A stretch of 64,000 bases of DNA from positions 22,771-86,770 of the forward strand of contig CAVVEU010000003.1 of assembly GCA_963747235.1 (NCBI GenBank), given 5' to 3'. Shown here in pieces: positions 21,598 to 31,140 of this stretch (position 1 is its first letter; each line of letters starts with the position of its first letter). The notes below the pieces were generated by a model. The model was given only the letters and a program-made list of their open reading frames with translations, was not told where the DNA came from and made no database searches. The stretch comes from an uncultured Candidatus Rokubacteria bacterium. Lineage in GTDB: Bacteria; Methylomirabilota; Methylomirabilia; Rokubacteriales; CSP1-6. Both the position numbers and the translations under genes were made by a program.

Positions 21598-22413
21598 ATG
21601 ACGCTCGCTCGCGTTCTCGGATTGCCCTCCGGTACGTCTCGCGCCGTGATCGGCATGGTGCATCTCCGCGCGCTGCCGGGCAGCCCCCGCTGGGACGGCG
21701 ACATGCCCGCGCTCGTGCGCGCCGCCCTCGACGACGCGCGCGCCCTGGCCGAGGGCGGCGCCGACGCGCTCCTCGTGGAGAATCACGGCGACGTGCCCTT
21801 CACCGCGCGGCGGGTGGACGCGGCCACCGTCGCCGGGATGGCGGTCGCGATCGCGGAGATCCGGCGCGCGCTGCCGCTGCCGGTCGGCGTCAACGTGCTC
21901 AAGAACGACGTGCGGTCCGCCCTCGCGGTGGCCGCCGCCACCGGCGCGCGCTTCGTGCGCGTGAACGTCCACGTGGGCGCGGTCGCCGCCGACCAGGGCA
22001 TCATCGAGTCGGACGCGCACGATACCTTGCGCTACCGGCGGCTGCTCGGCCTGGAGATCGGCATCCTGGCCGACGTGCAGGCCAAGCACGGTCTGCCGCT
22101 GGCGCCGATGCCGCTCGAGCAGGAGGCGCGCGACTGCTACGCGCGCGGGCTGGCCGACGCGCTCGTGGTCTCGGGCGTGGCCACCGGCGAGCCCACCCCG
22201 ATGGCCGATCTCAAGCGCGTGCGCGGCGCGGTGCCCGAGGCCCCGCTCCTCGTGGGCAGCGGCGCCTCGCCCGAGACCGTCGCCGAGCTGCTCTCGGTGG
22301 CCGACGCGGTCATCGTGGGCACCTCGATCAAGCGCGACGGGCGGCTCTCGAACCCGGTGGACGTCGAGCGCGTCCGGCGCCTCGTCGCGGCCGCCCGCGG
22401 CACGCGCGCCTGA
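21598..22413 (+). CDS. BtpA/SgcQ family TIM-barrel protein
   Basis: IGMVHLRALPGSP, VENHGDVPF, GVNVLKND, ADVQAKH, VSGVATG. Confidence 0.9.
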   Translation: MTLARVLGLPSGTSRAVIGMVHLRALPGSPRWDGDMPALVRAALDDARALAEGGADALLVENHGDVPFTARRVDAATVAGMAVAIAEIRRALPLPVGVNVLKNDVRSALAVAAATGARFVRVNVHVGAVAADQGIIESDAHDTLRYRRLLGLEIGILADVQAKHGLPLAPMPLEQEARDCYARGLADALVVSGVATGEPTPMADLKRVRGAVPEAPLLVGSGASPETVAELLSVADAVIVGTSIKRDGRLSNPVDVERVRRLVAAARGTRA

Positions 22414-23583
22414 TGTCTCCCTCTCCCTCCCCGAGGGAGAGGGCCGGGGTGAGGGTGCCCCGGCTTCGCCTCGGCGTCCTCGTCGCGGCTCTCGCGCTCT
22501 CGGGTTGCGCCCTGATCACACCCCGCCCCGCGCCCGATCCCGTCCAGCTCCGCGTCGCCGACCTGCTCCTCATCGGCTTCAACGGCACGCAGGTCGCGGG
22601 CAACGAGGAGATCCGCCGGCTCGTCTGCGACGTCAAGGTGGGGGGCGTGCTCCTCTTCGAGCGCTTCGCCGGCTCCGGGCAGCCGCGCAACATGGTGAGC
22701 CCCGACGCAGGTGACCGAGCTCACGCGCGATCTGCAGGCCCTCGCGGCGCGATGCGTGGGCCGCCCGCTCTTCATCGCGGTGGACGCCGAGGGCGGCCGC
22801 GTCATGCGCCTCTCGCCGCGTCTCGGCTATCCGCCGACCCTGCCCGCGAAGGAGCTGGGCGAGCGTGACGACCCCGCCTTCACCCAGGCCGAGGCGCGGC
22901 GCATGGGCGAGATGCTGCGCGAGGCCGGGATCAACTGGAACCTGGCCCCGGTCGTGGACGTGGCGGTGGACCCGACCAATCCGGCGATCGTCGCGCTCGG
23001 GCGCTCGTACTCGTCCGACCCGGAGCGAGTCGCCGCGCATGCGCGCGCGTTCGTGCTCGGCATGCACGAGGCGGGCGTGCTCACGTCGCTCAAGCACTTC
23101 CCCGGCCACGGGTCGAGCCGCCAGGACTCGCATCACGGCTTCACCGACGTGAGCGACACCGCCCGGCTCCGGGTCGAGCTCGCCCCGTTTCGCAGGTTGA
23201 TCGCGGCGGGGCTGGCCGATAGCGTCATGACCGCGCACGTCTTCAACCGCGGGCTCGACCCCTGGGACCCGGCCACGCTGTCACGCTTCACGGTGCAGCG
23301 CGTCCTGCGTGGGTGGCTGCACTACGACGGCGTGGCGGTCTCCGACGACCTGCTCATGGGCGCCATCGCCCAGCACTACGGGCTCGAGGACGCGGCGGTT
23401 CTCGCGCTGGGCGCCGGCGTGGACGTGCTGCTCATCGCGCAGAACACCACCAGGCAGGACGACCGCGCGGCCGAGCGCGTGATCGCCGCCATCACCCGCG
23501 CCCTCGCCGCGGGCACCCTCAGCGAGTCCCGCGTCCGCGAGGCGGTCGCCCGAGTCGACGCCCTCCGCGCGAAGCTCAAGTAG
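22413..23583 (+). CDS. Glycoside hydrolase family 3 (NagZ-like beta-N-acetylhexosaminidase), lipoprotein (frameshift near 22710)
   Basis: Lipobox LSGC, AVDAEGGRV, LAPVVD, KHFPGHGSSRQDSH, SDDL. Start is either 22413 or GTG near 22455. Confidence 0.85.
22419..22455. repeat. Same palindromic repeat, copy 2 (opposite orientation)
   Basis: CCCTCTCCCTCCCCGAGGGAGAGGGCCGGGGTGAGGG. Confidence 0.8.
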
Positions 23584-23666
23584 GGGTCAGGTCTTGAATT
23601 ACGACATTTGTCTCGTATCCGGCGAAGCGGCCGGCGCGGAAATGTCGTAATTCAAGACCTGACCCC
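23583..23666. repeat. Perfect 27-bp inverted repeat (REPIN/MITE-like)
   Basis: GGGGTCAGGTCTTGAATTACGACATTT (23583-23609) and its exact reverse complement (23640-23666), with a 30-bp spacer, between convergent genes. Confidence 0.9.
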
Positions 23667-23669
23667 AGA

Positions 23670-24596
23670 TTAGCGGTTGCGGAGAGATTGGAGGAAGCGC
23701 TCGACGTCGGCGCGCGTGGGGAGGGCGTCCTGGGCGCCGCGGCGCGTGCAGGTCAGGGCGGCGGCGGCGCCCGCGAGCGGGATGATCTGCTCGAGGCTGC
23801 CGCCGGCGGCGAGGCCGACCGCGAGGGCGCCGTTGAAGGCGTCGCCCGCCCCGGTGGTGTCCACCGCCTCCACCGGGAAGGCCTCGAAGTGCATCACCGA
23901 GCCGCCGTCGCAGACGAGCGCGCCCTGCTCGCCCAGCGTGATGATGACGGTCCCCGCGCCGCGCTCGACGAGCCGACCCGCCGCCTGCCGGCCCGTGTCG
24001 AGATCGTGCACCTCGATGCCGGTGAGCGCCATGACCTCGCCCGCGTTCGGCGTCAGGTAGTCCACCAGCGCGAGCAGGTCGTCCGACAGCTCCTGCACCG
24101 GCGCGGGGTTGAGCACGGTGATGACGCCGTGCCGCCGCGCCGTCTCGAGCGCCCAGCGGACCACCGGCACCGGGACCTCCAGCTGGCAGAGGACCACCTC
24201 GGCCCACGCGATCGCGTCCTCCCCCCGCCGCGCCATGTCGACCGTGAGCGTGTGATTCGCTCCCGGGGCGACGCCGATCTGGTTCTGGCCCTCGCGGTCC
24301 ACGAAGATCAGCGCGGTGCCGGTGGCGGCGTCGGGCGTGGTCACGAGCCCGTCCACGCCGATCCCCTGCTCCAGGAGCCCCCGGCGGATGTCCCCGCCCG
24401 AATCGTCGTCGCCCACGCAGCCGATCATCCGCACCTCGGCGCCGAGCCGCCGCGCGGCCACCGCCTGGTTGGCGCCCTTGCCGCCGCGATTGACCAGCAG
24501 CGTGCCCGACGAGACCGTCTCGCCCACGCGGGGCAGGCGCGGCAGGGCCACCGTGAAGTCCACGTTGGCCGAGCCGATCACGCAGAGACGGGGCAC
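23670..24596 (-). CDS. rbsK: Ribokinase
   Basis: GSANVD, GGKGANQAVA, LNPAP, VDTTGAGDAFNG. Confidence 0.92.
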   Translation of the reverse strand: MPRLCVIGSANVDFTVALPRLPRVGETVSSGTLLVNRGGKGANQAVAARRLGAEVRMIGCVGDDDSGGDIRRGLLEQGIGVDGLVTTPDAATGTALIFVDREGQNQIGVAPGANHTLTVDMARRGEDAIAWAEVVLCQLEVPVPVVRWALETARRHGVITVLNPAPVQELSDDLLALVDYLTPNAGEVMALTGIEVHDLDTGRQAAGRLVERGAGTVIITLGEQGALVCDGGSVMHFEAFPVEAVDTTGAGDAFNGALAVGLAAGGSLEQIIPLAGAAAALTCTRRGAQDALPTRADVERFLQSLRNR

Positions 24597-25560
24597 AGAC
24601 GCTCCAGGACCATCTCGCAGGACGCGCTCGGCGTCCACGTCCATCGCCACGCGGCAGGTGGACGCGCGCTTGCGGTGCGACGGAATCTCGCGGCGGTCGG
24701 CGAGCGAGAGGCCGCGCGTGAGCCGGCCCTCGCACTCGACCTCGACGTGGAGGGGCTCGAAGGTGACCAGCGAGGGATCGAGCGCCACCGCCATGGCCAG
24801 CGGGTCGTGCAGCACGATGCCGCCGCCCTCGCGCTCGGCTCCGAAGGCGAAGCCGTGCAGGGTGAAGTCCAGGATGAAGCGGGCGACCCGGTCGGAGCAG
24901 CGCAGCAGCCGCTCCGTGAGGGCCGTCTGCGCGAGCACCACCCGGCGCGTCACGTCGAGCGGGACCAGCTCCACCGGCAGCCCGGCCTCCAGCACCGCCG
25001 CGGCCGCCTCCGGATCCACGTAGAAGTTGAACTCGGCGGCCGGCGTGATGTTGCCCGGCACCGCGATCGCCCCGCCCATGACCACGATCCGGCCGACCCG
25101 GCCGAGCCGCCGGGGGTCCTGCTGGAGGGCGAGCGCCAGGTTGGTCAGCGGCCCCAGGGCCACGATGGTGAGCTCGGGCCCCCAGCGATCTGCCGCGTCC
25201 AGAATCACTTCCGGTCCCGAGCGCATCTCAATCGCGTAGGTCGGCTCCGGGTAGCGGGGCCGCCCGTCGGGCTCCACGAAGCGCTCGAGGTTGCCCAGCC
25301 CGTCCTGGCCGTGCACGTGATGCGCGGTGACCAGCGCCCGCTTGAGCGGGGCCGGGGCGCCGCCGGCGAGCCGCGGCGGTGGCATCGGGCGCGACGACCG
25401 CGAGGATGCGGCGGGCATTCGCGGTCGCGCGATCCACCGCGACGTTGCCGGCGACGGTGGTGACGGCTTCCACGCGGACGTCGGACGAGCGCAGAGCGAG
25501 CAGGATCGCCAGCGCGTCGTCGATGCCGGGGTCGGTATCGATCAAGAGGTGCTGGGTCAT
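24578..25560 (-). CDS. Nucleoside hydrolase, IU-NH family (frameshifted)
   Basis: IDTDPGIDDA, HVHGQDGLG, GPLTNLA, AEFNFYVDPEAA, LHDPLA. Confidence 0.9.
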
Positions 25561-25589
25561 TTGACAGTCCCCGCCGGGCTTCGTATCAT
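25561..25589 (+). promoter_or_regulatory. Near-consensus sigma70 promoter for the selenoprotein gene
   Basis: TTGACA (25561-25566), 17-nt spacer, TATCAT (25584-25589). An overlapping TATGAT on the minus strand could serve the nucleoside hydrolase. Confidence 0.75.
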
Positions 25590-25630
25590 ACGCGGCAGTC
25601 CGGCGCAAACTCGGCGCAAAGGAGGATCGG

Positions 25631-25858
25631 ATGCACATCCGGATCACGTACTGCGGAGAGTGAAACTATCTCCCCCAGGCCTCCAGTTTGCAGGCCGCGA
25701 TCAAGAGCAAGTACGGCATCGACTCCGAGCTGCGCGAAGGCGTCGGGGGCATCTTCACCGTCGAGGCCGACGACAAGATGATCTACGACAACCAGGTCAC
25801 GTACCGCTTCCCCGAGGATCAGGAGGTCTTCACCGAGATCGACAAGCTCAAGGCTTGA
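25631..25858 (+). CDS. Rdx (SelT/SelW/SelH) family selenoprotein, CxxU, 75 aa
   Basis: MHIRITYCGE-TGA(25661-25663)-NYLPQASSLQAAIKSKYGIDSELREGVGGIFTVEADDKMIYDNQVTYRFPEDQEVFTEIDKLKA; AAGGAGG RBS; absent from the ORF track. Confidence 0.88.
25678..25696 (+). other. Putative bacterial SECIS hairpin
   Basis: GGCCT-CCAGTTTGC-AGGCC stem-loop with a G-U loop start about 23 nt 3' of the in-frame UGA. Confidence 0.6.
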
Positions 25859-27118
25859 TCTCGCGCTCGATACGATCCCGGAACGCCGGGTCGGCGATGT
25901 GGAGCAGCTCCCGCGCCCGCCCGGCGTCGCTTTTTCCCCGCAGCGCCGCCACCCCGTGCTCGGTCACCACGTAGTCCGCGAGAAAGCGCGGCGTGGTCAC
26001 CCGCGCGCCCGCGGCCAGCCGCGCCACGATGCGGGAGAGCGTGCCCCCGCTCGCGGTGGCGGGCAGCGCGATGATGGACCGCCCGCCTTCCGCCCGCGCC
26101 GCCCCCAGCACGAAGTCGAACTGGCCGCCGATGCCCGTCACCTGCCGGCCGTCCACGCTCTCCGCGTTCACCTGCCCGAGCAGATCCACCTCGAGGGCCG
26201 AGTTGATCGAGACGAAGTCGCCGAGCGTCCCCACCACCTCCGGATCGTGCACGACGTCGGAGGGCTCCATGTTCACCAGCGGGTTCTCGTGGCTCCACTC
26301 GAAGAGCGCGGCGGTGCCCATGATCTCCCCCACGTCCATGCGGCCGGGGTGCAGGCGCTTGCGCGCGTTGGTGATCACGCCGCTCCGACCAGCGGCAGCA
26401 TGTGCTCGACCAGGAGCGAGTGCACGCCCAGGTCCTTCTTGCCCGCGAGCGCCTCCATCACCGCCTGCGGGATCGAGCCCACGCCCACCTGGAGCGTGGC
26501 CCCGTCGGGGACGAGGTCGGCCACGTAGCCGGCGATCCGGCGCTCCACGTCCCCGACCGGGGTCGGCGGGTACTCGAGCAGCGGGTGGTCCACCGGCGTC
26601 CATGCGTCCATCTGCGAGCGATGCAGGAAGGCGTTGCCGAGCGTGCGGGGCATCCGCGGGTTGACCTGGGCGATCACGAGCGGGGCCCGACGCGCCGCGG
26701 ACAGCAGGTAGCTCACCGACACCCCGAGCGAGAGATAGCCGCCGCGATCGGGAGGCGCGGTGTGGACCAGCACCGCGTCGGGCGCCCAGGGCCCGCCCGC
26801 CGCGAAGAGGCTCACCGTGTCGAAGTAGCGCGCGGGGACGAAGTCCACGTCGCCGCGGGCCGCCGCGGCGGCGAGCCGCGGCGACATGTGCCACGTCGCG
26901 AAGCGGATCTTGCCCGCGTAGGCGGCCGCGCCGAAGGGATAGTCGTCGAGCCGGAGCCCGCCCATCAACGTGAGCGGAGCCAGCCGGTCGGCCTGCCGGA
27001 GGATCTCGGCGAGGAGCGCGGTGGGATCGCCGCACCCCGGGGCAAGCAGCACCTTCATGCCGGGGCGGAGACGGCCGACGGCGTCGGCGAGCGTGACCTG
27101 CGCGAAGGGGCGGCCCAT
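25848..27118 (-). CDS. Acetyl-CoA hydrolase/transferase (4-hydroxybutyrate CoA-transferase-like; frameshift near 26385)
   Basis: GYLSLGVSV, DGATLQVGVGSIP, INSALEVDLLGQV, GIGGQFDF, VVTEHGVA. Confidence 0.88.
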
Positions 27119-27129
27119 GAAGCGCGGGT

Positions 27130-27137
27130 AGTATAAT
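27130..27137. promoter_or_regulatory. Overlapping divergent -10 elements
   Basis: AGTATAAT gives TATAAT on + (toward RidA) and TATACT on - (11 nt before the CoA-transferase ATG). Confidence 0.6.
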
Positions 27138-27170
27138 CGCGCGCAGCCACTCACGGGAGAGGGGGAATCC

Positions 27171-27641
27171 ATGCCCAAGCTCATGCTGCCCGTCAATCCG
27201 CCGAGTCTCCCGAAGCCGGCCGGTTTCGCCCACGGCTTCGAAGTCCAGGGCGGCAAGACCCTCTACATGTCCGGCCAGGTCGCGATGGACAAGGAGGGCC
27301 AGGTGGTCGGCAAGGGCGATCTGGTCGCCCAGTTCCGCCAGGTCTGCGACAATCTCAAGGCGATCGTCACCGCGCGCGCCGGCCAGATGAACGACATCGT
27401 GAAGCTCACCATCTTCGTGCTCTCCAAGACCGAGTACAAGGCGCGCGGGCGCGAGATCGGCGCGGTCTACCGCGAATACTTCGGCCGACACTACCCGGCC
27501 ATGACCCTCGTGGAGGTCCGAGGCCTCTACGACGACGACTGCCTGATCGAGATCGAAGGCGTCGCGGTCGTAGCGGGGCGAGCTGAAGCCGAAGGCGAGG
27601 CGAGCGATAGGGAAGAGGGGCAAGCGAACGTGGCAGGGTGA
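27171..27641 (+). CDS. RidA/YjgF family protein
   Basis: [27 protein letters not shown]; the C-terminal tail appears repeat-derived. Confidence 0.88.
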   Translation: MPKLMLPVNPPSLPKPAGFAHGFEVQGGKTLYMSGQVAMDKEGQVVGKGDLVAQFRQVCDNLKAIVTARAGQMNDIVKLTIFVLSKTEYKARGREIGAVYREYFGRHYPAMTLVEVRGLYDDDCLIEIEGVAVVAGRAEAEGEASDREEGQANVAG

Positions 27642-27654
27642 GGGGGAGAGATCC

Positions 27655-27996
27655 ATGCCCGTGCATCCGCAGTGGGTGACGACCGCGTTCGAGTTCGACG
27701 GCCATCGCATCGTGGGCTATCGCGGCGTGGTCCGCGGCATCACGGTGCGCTCGCGCAATATCATCGTCAACCTGGGCGCCACCATCCAGACCCTCTTCGG
27801 CGGCAACATCACGCTCTACACCGAGCTGTGCGAGCGGGCGCGCCAGGACGCCTTCGACCTGATGCTGGAGCACGCGGCCCAGATGGGCGCCAACGCCGTC
27901 GTGGCGATGCGCTACGACGCCAACGACGTGGCCGCGGGAGTGACGGAGGTGCTCTGCTACGGCACCGCGGTCGTGATCGAGCCCGTGGCCCGCTGA
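27655..27996 (+). CDS. YbjQ (UPF0145) family protein
   Basis: [36 protein letters not shown]. Confidence 0.9.
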   Translation: MPVHPQWVTTAFEFDGHRIVGYRGVVRGITVRSRNIIVNLGATIQTLFGGNITLYTELCERARQDAFDLMLEHAAQMGANAVVAMRYDANDVAAGVTEVLCYGTAVVIEPVAR

Positions 27997-28027
27997 AACC
28001 GTGAACGCCGACGCCAGGGTGTTTCCC

Positions 28028-28144
28028 ACGTGACGCTCTGTCACGTCACCGTGGCAAGACAAGAACGGGAAGCGGACACTCACGGATGCCCCCGTCCCTA
28101 ACTATGCCCACCGATGGGCATTGTGGCTCGGGCACGCAAGTTGC
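28028..28144 (+). promoter_or_regulatory. sigma54 promoter with upstream palindrome (candidate enhancer)
   Basis: GGCACGCAAGTTGC at 28131-28144 (GG-N10-GC); ACGTGAC-N5-GTCACGT at 28028-28046. Confidence 0.68.
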
Positions 28145-28157
28145 CCAACGTCAGCCC

Positions 28158-28454
28158 ATGGTCACTCTCCAGGCTCGGAATCGACGCCAGTATCCACGGA
28201 CCCGCGTGGCGTGGCCCGTGGTGATCGAAACCAGGACCCAGCGCTATCCTTGCCAGGTCTTGGACATCAGCAACCACGGCGCGAAAGTCATGACCAGCGC
28301 GCGGCTCCAGACCGGGAGCGTCGTGCGGTTGCAGATCATCCCGCCGGACGGAACTCCGCTGCGTGTCGGGGCATTGGTGTGGCGCCTGGATACGGATGGT
28401 GTGGCCTTCTTCTTCGCTCATGGCATCCATCACCCGTTCATTCGCGCCGCCTAG
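28158..28454 (+). CDS. Stand-alone PilZ domain protein
   Basis: RRQYPR (RxxxR) and DISNHG (DxSxxG) c-di-GMP motifs. Confidence 0.85.
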   Translation: MVTLQARNRRQYPRTRVAWPVVIETRTQRYPCQVLDISNHGAKVMTSARLQTGSVVRLQIIPPDGTPLRVGALVWRLDTDGVAFFFAHGIHHPFIRAA

Positions 28455-28664
28455 TGAGTGCGCCCCAAGCCTGAAGCCTGAAGCCCGCAGCCCGAACGCC
28501 TCCGCACGTCGCCACCAACAATCTGCCGGGCACCGACGTACCGCCGGATCATCGTCTCGGGCTTCCACGCGCCGAGGTCGGGCTTTCAGCCTTGCTCGGG
28601 CGGGGGCAGGACTATACTCTCGGGCGGAGTACAGAACCACGGCGGCCCTGAGGGATGAGACATC

Positions 28665-29303
28665 ATGCGGACGATCAAGCCGGGTGGCCGCGACGTGCTC
28701 CTCGTGGTGGACGTCCAGAACGACTTCATCCCGGGCGGGGCCCTGGCGGTGAAGGAGGGCGACGTGATCGTCCCCCTCGTGAACCAGATCGCCGCGGGCT
28801 TCGAGCACGTGATCCTGACCCAGGACTGGCACACCCCGCGTCACATCTCATTCGCCTCCGCGCATCCGGGCAAGAAGCCGTTCGAGACCACCAAGCTGGC
28901 CTACGGCACCCAGGTCCTCTGGCCGGATCACTGCGTGCAGGGCACGCCGGGCGCCGATTTCCACAAGGACCTCAAGATCCCCCACGCCGAGCTGGTCATC
29001 CGCAAGGGCTATCGCAAGCAGATGGACTCCTACTCGGCCTTCTACGAGGCCGACGGCAAGGCGACGACCGGGCTCGCCGGCTACGTGCGCGACCGCGGCT
29101 TCCGCCGGGTGTTCCTGGTCGGTCTCGCCACCGACTTCTGCGTCTGCTGGTCGGCGCTGGACGCGCGCAAGGTCGGCCTGGGCGCGCTGGTGGTCGAGGA
29201 CGCCTGCCGCGGCATCGACACCAATGGCTCGCTGGCCAAGGCGTGGGACCAGATGACCAAGGCCGGCGTGAAGCGCATCCGCTCGGCCGACCTGTCGGTC
29301 TAG
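28665..29303 (+). CDS. pncA: Nicotinamidase/pyrazinamidase
   Basis: VDVQNDFIPGGALAV, TQDWH, WPDHCVQGT, DSYSAF, GLATDFCV. Confidence 0.95.
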   Translation: MRTIKPGGRDVLLVVDVQNDFIPGGALAVKEGDVIVPLVNQIAAGFEHVILTQDWHTPRHISFASAHPGKKPFETTKLAYGTQVLWPDHCVQGTPGADFHKDLKIPHAELVIRKGYRKQMDSYSAFYEADGKATTGLAGYVRDRGFRRVFLVGLATDFCVCWSALDARKVGLGALVVEDACRGIDTNGSLAKAWDQMTKAGVKRIRSADLSV

Positions 29304-29307
29304 AGGC

Positions 29308-29766
29308 GTGAGGCGCCGCGGCGCGGCCGTCCTGGTGCTCGCGCTGGCCGGCGCCCTGGTCGCGGCCACGATCGCCGGGCCGATCACGCCCAACTCCGTC
29401 GGCGGCCGGGCCTGGGCGGAGCACCAGGTCTCGTACCGCTACGTCGTGCTCGGCTACGTGACCGGCGCGGACAACCGGGGCCGGCGCGGCGTGCGGGTGG
29501 AGCTGCGGCGCGAGAAGACCGGGTTCTCCTACCTGGGCGAGACGGACGCCGACGGCTTCTACGTGATCGTCGCCCGCCTCGGCGACGAGAGCGCGGGCGA
29601 GGCCCTGCAGCTCCGCGCCGAGAGCCAGGCGATGACCCTGACCGTGCGCTTCGATCCCGACGACCACGCCACCGAGCGGGGCACGCGGGTGGACTTCACC
29701 GCCCGCCGGCCGGTCGAGAGCCCGACCGCCTTCGCCGGGACGCTCAAGCGGTACCTCGCCCAGTGA
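29308..29766 (+). CDS. Hypothetical exported protein (carboxypeptidase-regulatory-like fold possible)
   Basis: Signal peptide; TDADGFY motif; GTGA overlap with the next gene. Confidence 0.6.
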   Translation: MRRRGAAVLVLALAGALVAATIAGPITPNSVGGRAWAEHQVSYRYVVLGYVTGADNRGRRGVRVELRREKTGFSYLGETDADGFYVIVARLGDESAGEALQLRAESQAMTLTVRFDPDDHATERGTRVDFTARRPVESPTAFAGTLKRYLAQ

Positions 29767-31140
29767 AAGGCGATCGGTTCTACTCGGCAGTCCGCTCAGT
29801 TGGCCGGTTCTGGCTCTGGTTCTTCTTCAGGGAGCTGGCCGTCGTCCGCCCGGAGATGGTGCCGGCCTCGGGGCCCGTGCTCCTCTGCATCAACCACCCC
29901 AACAACCTGATCGACTCCCTGCTGGTCGGCGGGGTCCTGCCCCGGAAGGTGCACTACCTGGCGACCGCCGCCCTGTTCCGCAATCCCCTGGTGGCCCGCT
30001 TCCTCACCGGCCTGCGGGGCGATCCCGGTCTACCGCAAGCAGGACGATCCCGACAAGATGGACCGGAACGCCGACGCCTTCGCAGCCTGCTTCCGCGCCC
30101 TCGAGCGGGGACAGCTCGTCGGGATCTACCCGGAGGGCACGACCCATTCGGAGAGCCGCGTCCAGCGCATCAAGACCGGCGCCGCGCGCATCGCCCTGGA
30201 CTACCAGGCCGCCGGGCGCGGGGCGCCGCTCACCCTGATCCCGGTGGGCATCACGTTCGAGGCGCGCAAGGCCTTCCGCGGCCACGTGCGGGTCTCGTTC
30301 GGGGAGCCGATCCCGCTGGCGCCCTACGCGCCGGTGTACCGGGATGAGCCCGCGAAGGCGGTCGAGGCCCTCACCACCACCATCCAGTGGGGCATGGAGG
30401 CCGAGATCCTCCACGTGGGTCGGCCGGAGCGGCAGGATCTCATCCGCGCGGTGGACGAGATCTACCGGAGCGACCTGATCCGCGAGCTGCAGGAGGAGCG
30501 CGGGCTCGGGACGCGGCAGATCGACCCCCTGCGACTGTCGCGCGCGATCGCGGACGCCGCGGCGCACTTCGAGGAGCGCGACCCCGAGCGGGTGGCGCGC
30601 CTCTGGACGGCGGTGCAGAAGTATCGCGCCCTCCTCGCCGCCTACCAGGTGCGGGACCAGACGGTCCGCAGTCGCGCCCATCGTCCGGCCGCGCGGGCCC
30701 GGCTACGGCACTCCTGGGAGGCGTCCATCGGCCTCCCCTTCTTCGCCTATGGCCTGGTCGTCAACGGCCTGCCGTACCTCCTGCCGCGCTGGCTCGCCCG
30801 CCGCACCGCGCGCAAGGAGACGGACTACGCGACGACCCGGCTGCTGGCGAGCATCGTGGCGTTCCCGCTCTTCTGGGCGCTCGAGGTCTGGATCGTGTGG
30901 CGGCTCCTGGGCCCGGCGTGGGCGCTCGGCTTCGCGCTCTCGCTGCCGATGAGCGGCCTCCTCGCCTACCGGTACCTGGGCGGCATGAGCCGGCTGCGGA
31001 ACCAGCTCCGCTTCGGCGTGCTCTCCCTCACCCACCGCCAGTCCGCCACGCGCCTCCTGGCGGAGCGGCAGGCCCTGGTGGCCGAGCTGGAGCGGGCCAA
31101 GGACGACTACCTGGCGGCCACGCGGGGGAGCAGCTTTTGA
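29763..31140 (+). CDS. PlsC-like lysophospholipid acyltransferase with C-terminal TM region (frameshift near 30015)
   Basis: NHPNNLID (NHx4D), IPVYR, IYPEGT, KTGAARIA. Confidence 0.88.

Noticed and set aside
23670-25418. Nucleoside hydrolase-ribokinase fusion (582-aa ORF)
   Set aside because: A frameshift near 24610 hides a natural hydrolase end (ERLCPVSA, stop at 24578) overlapping the rbsK GTG.
28610-28665. Possible NAD riboswitch upstream of pncA
   Set aside because: Only a short leader with a weak hairpin; I cannot match it to NAD+-I or NAD+-II consensus by eye.
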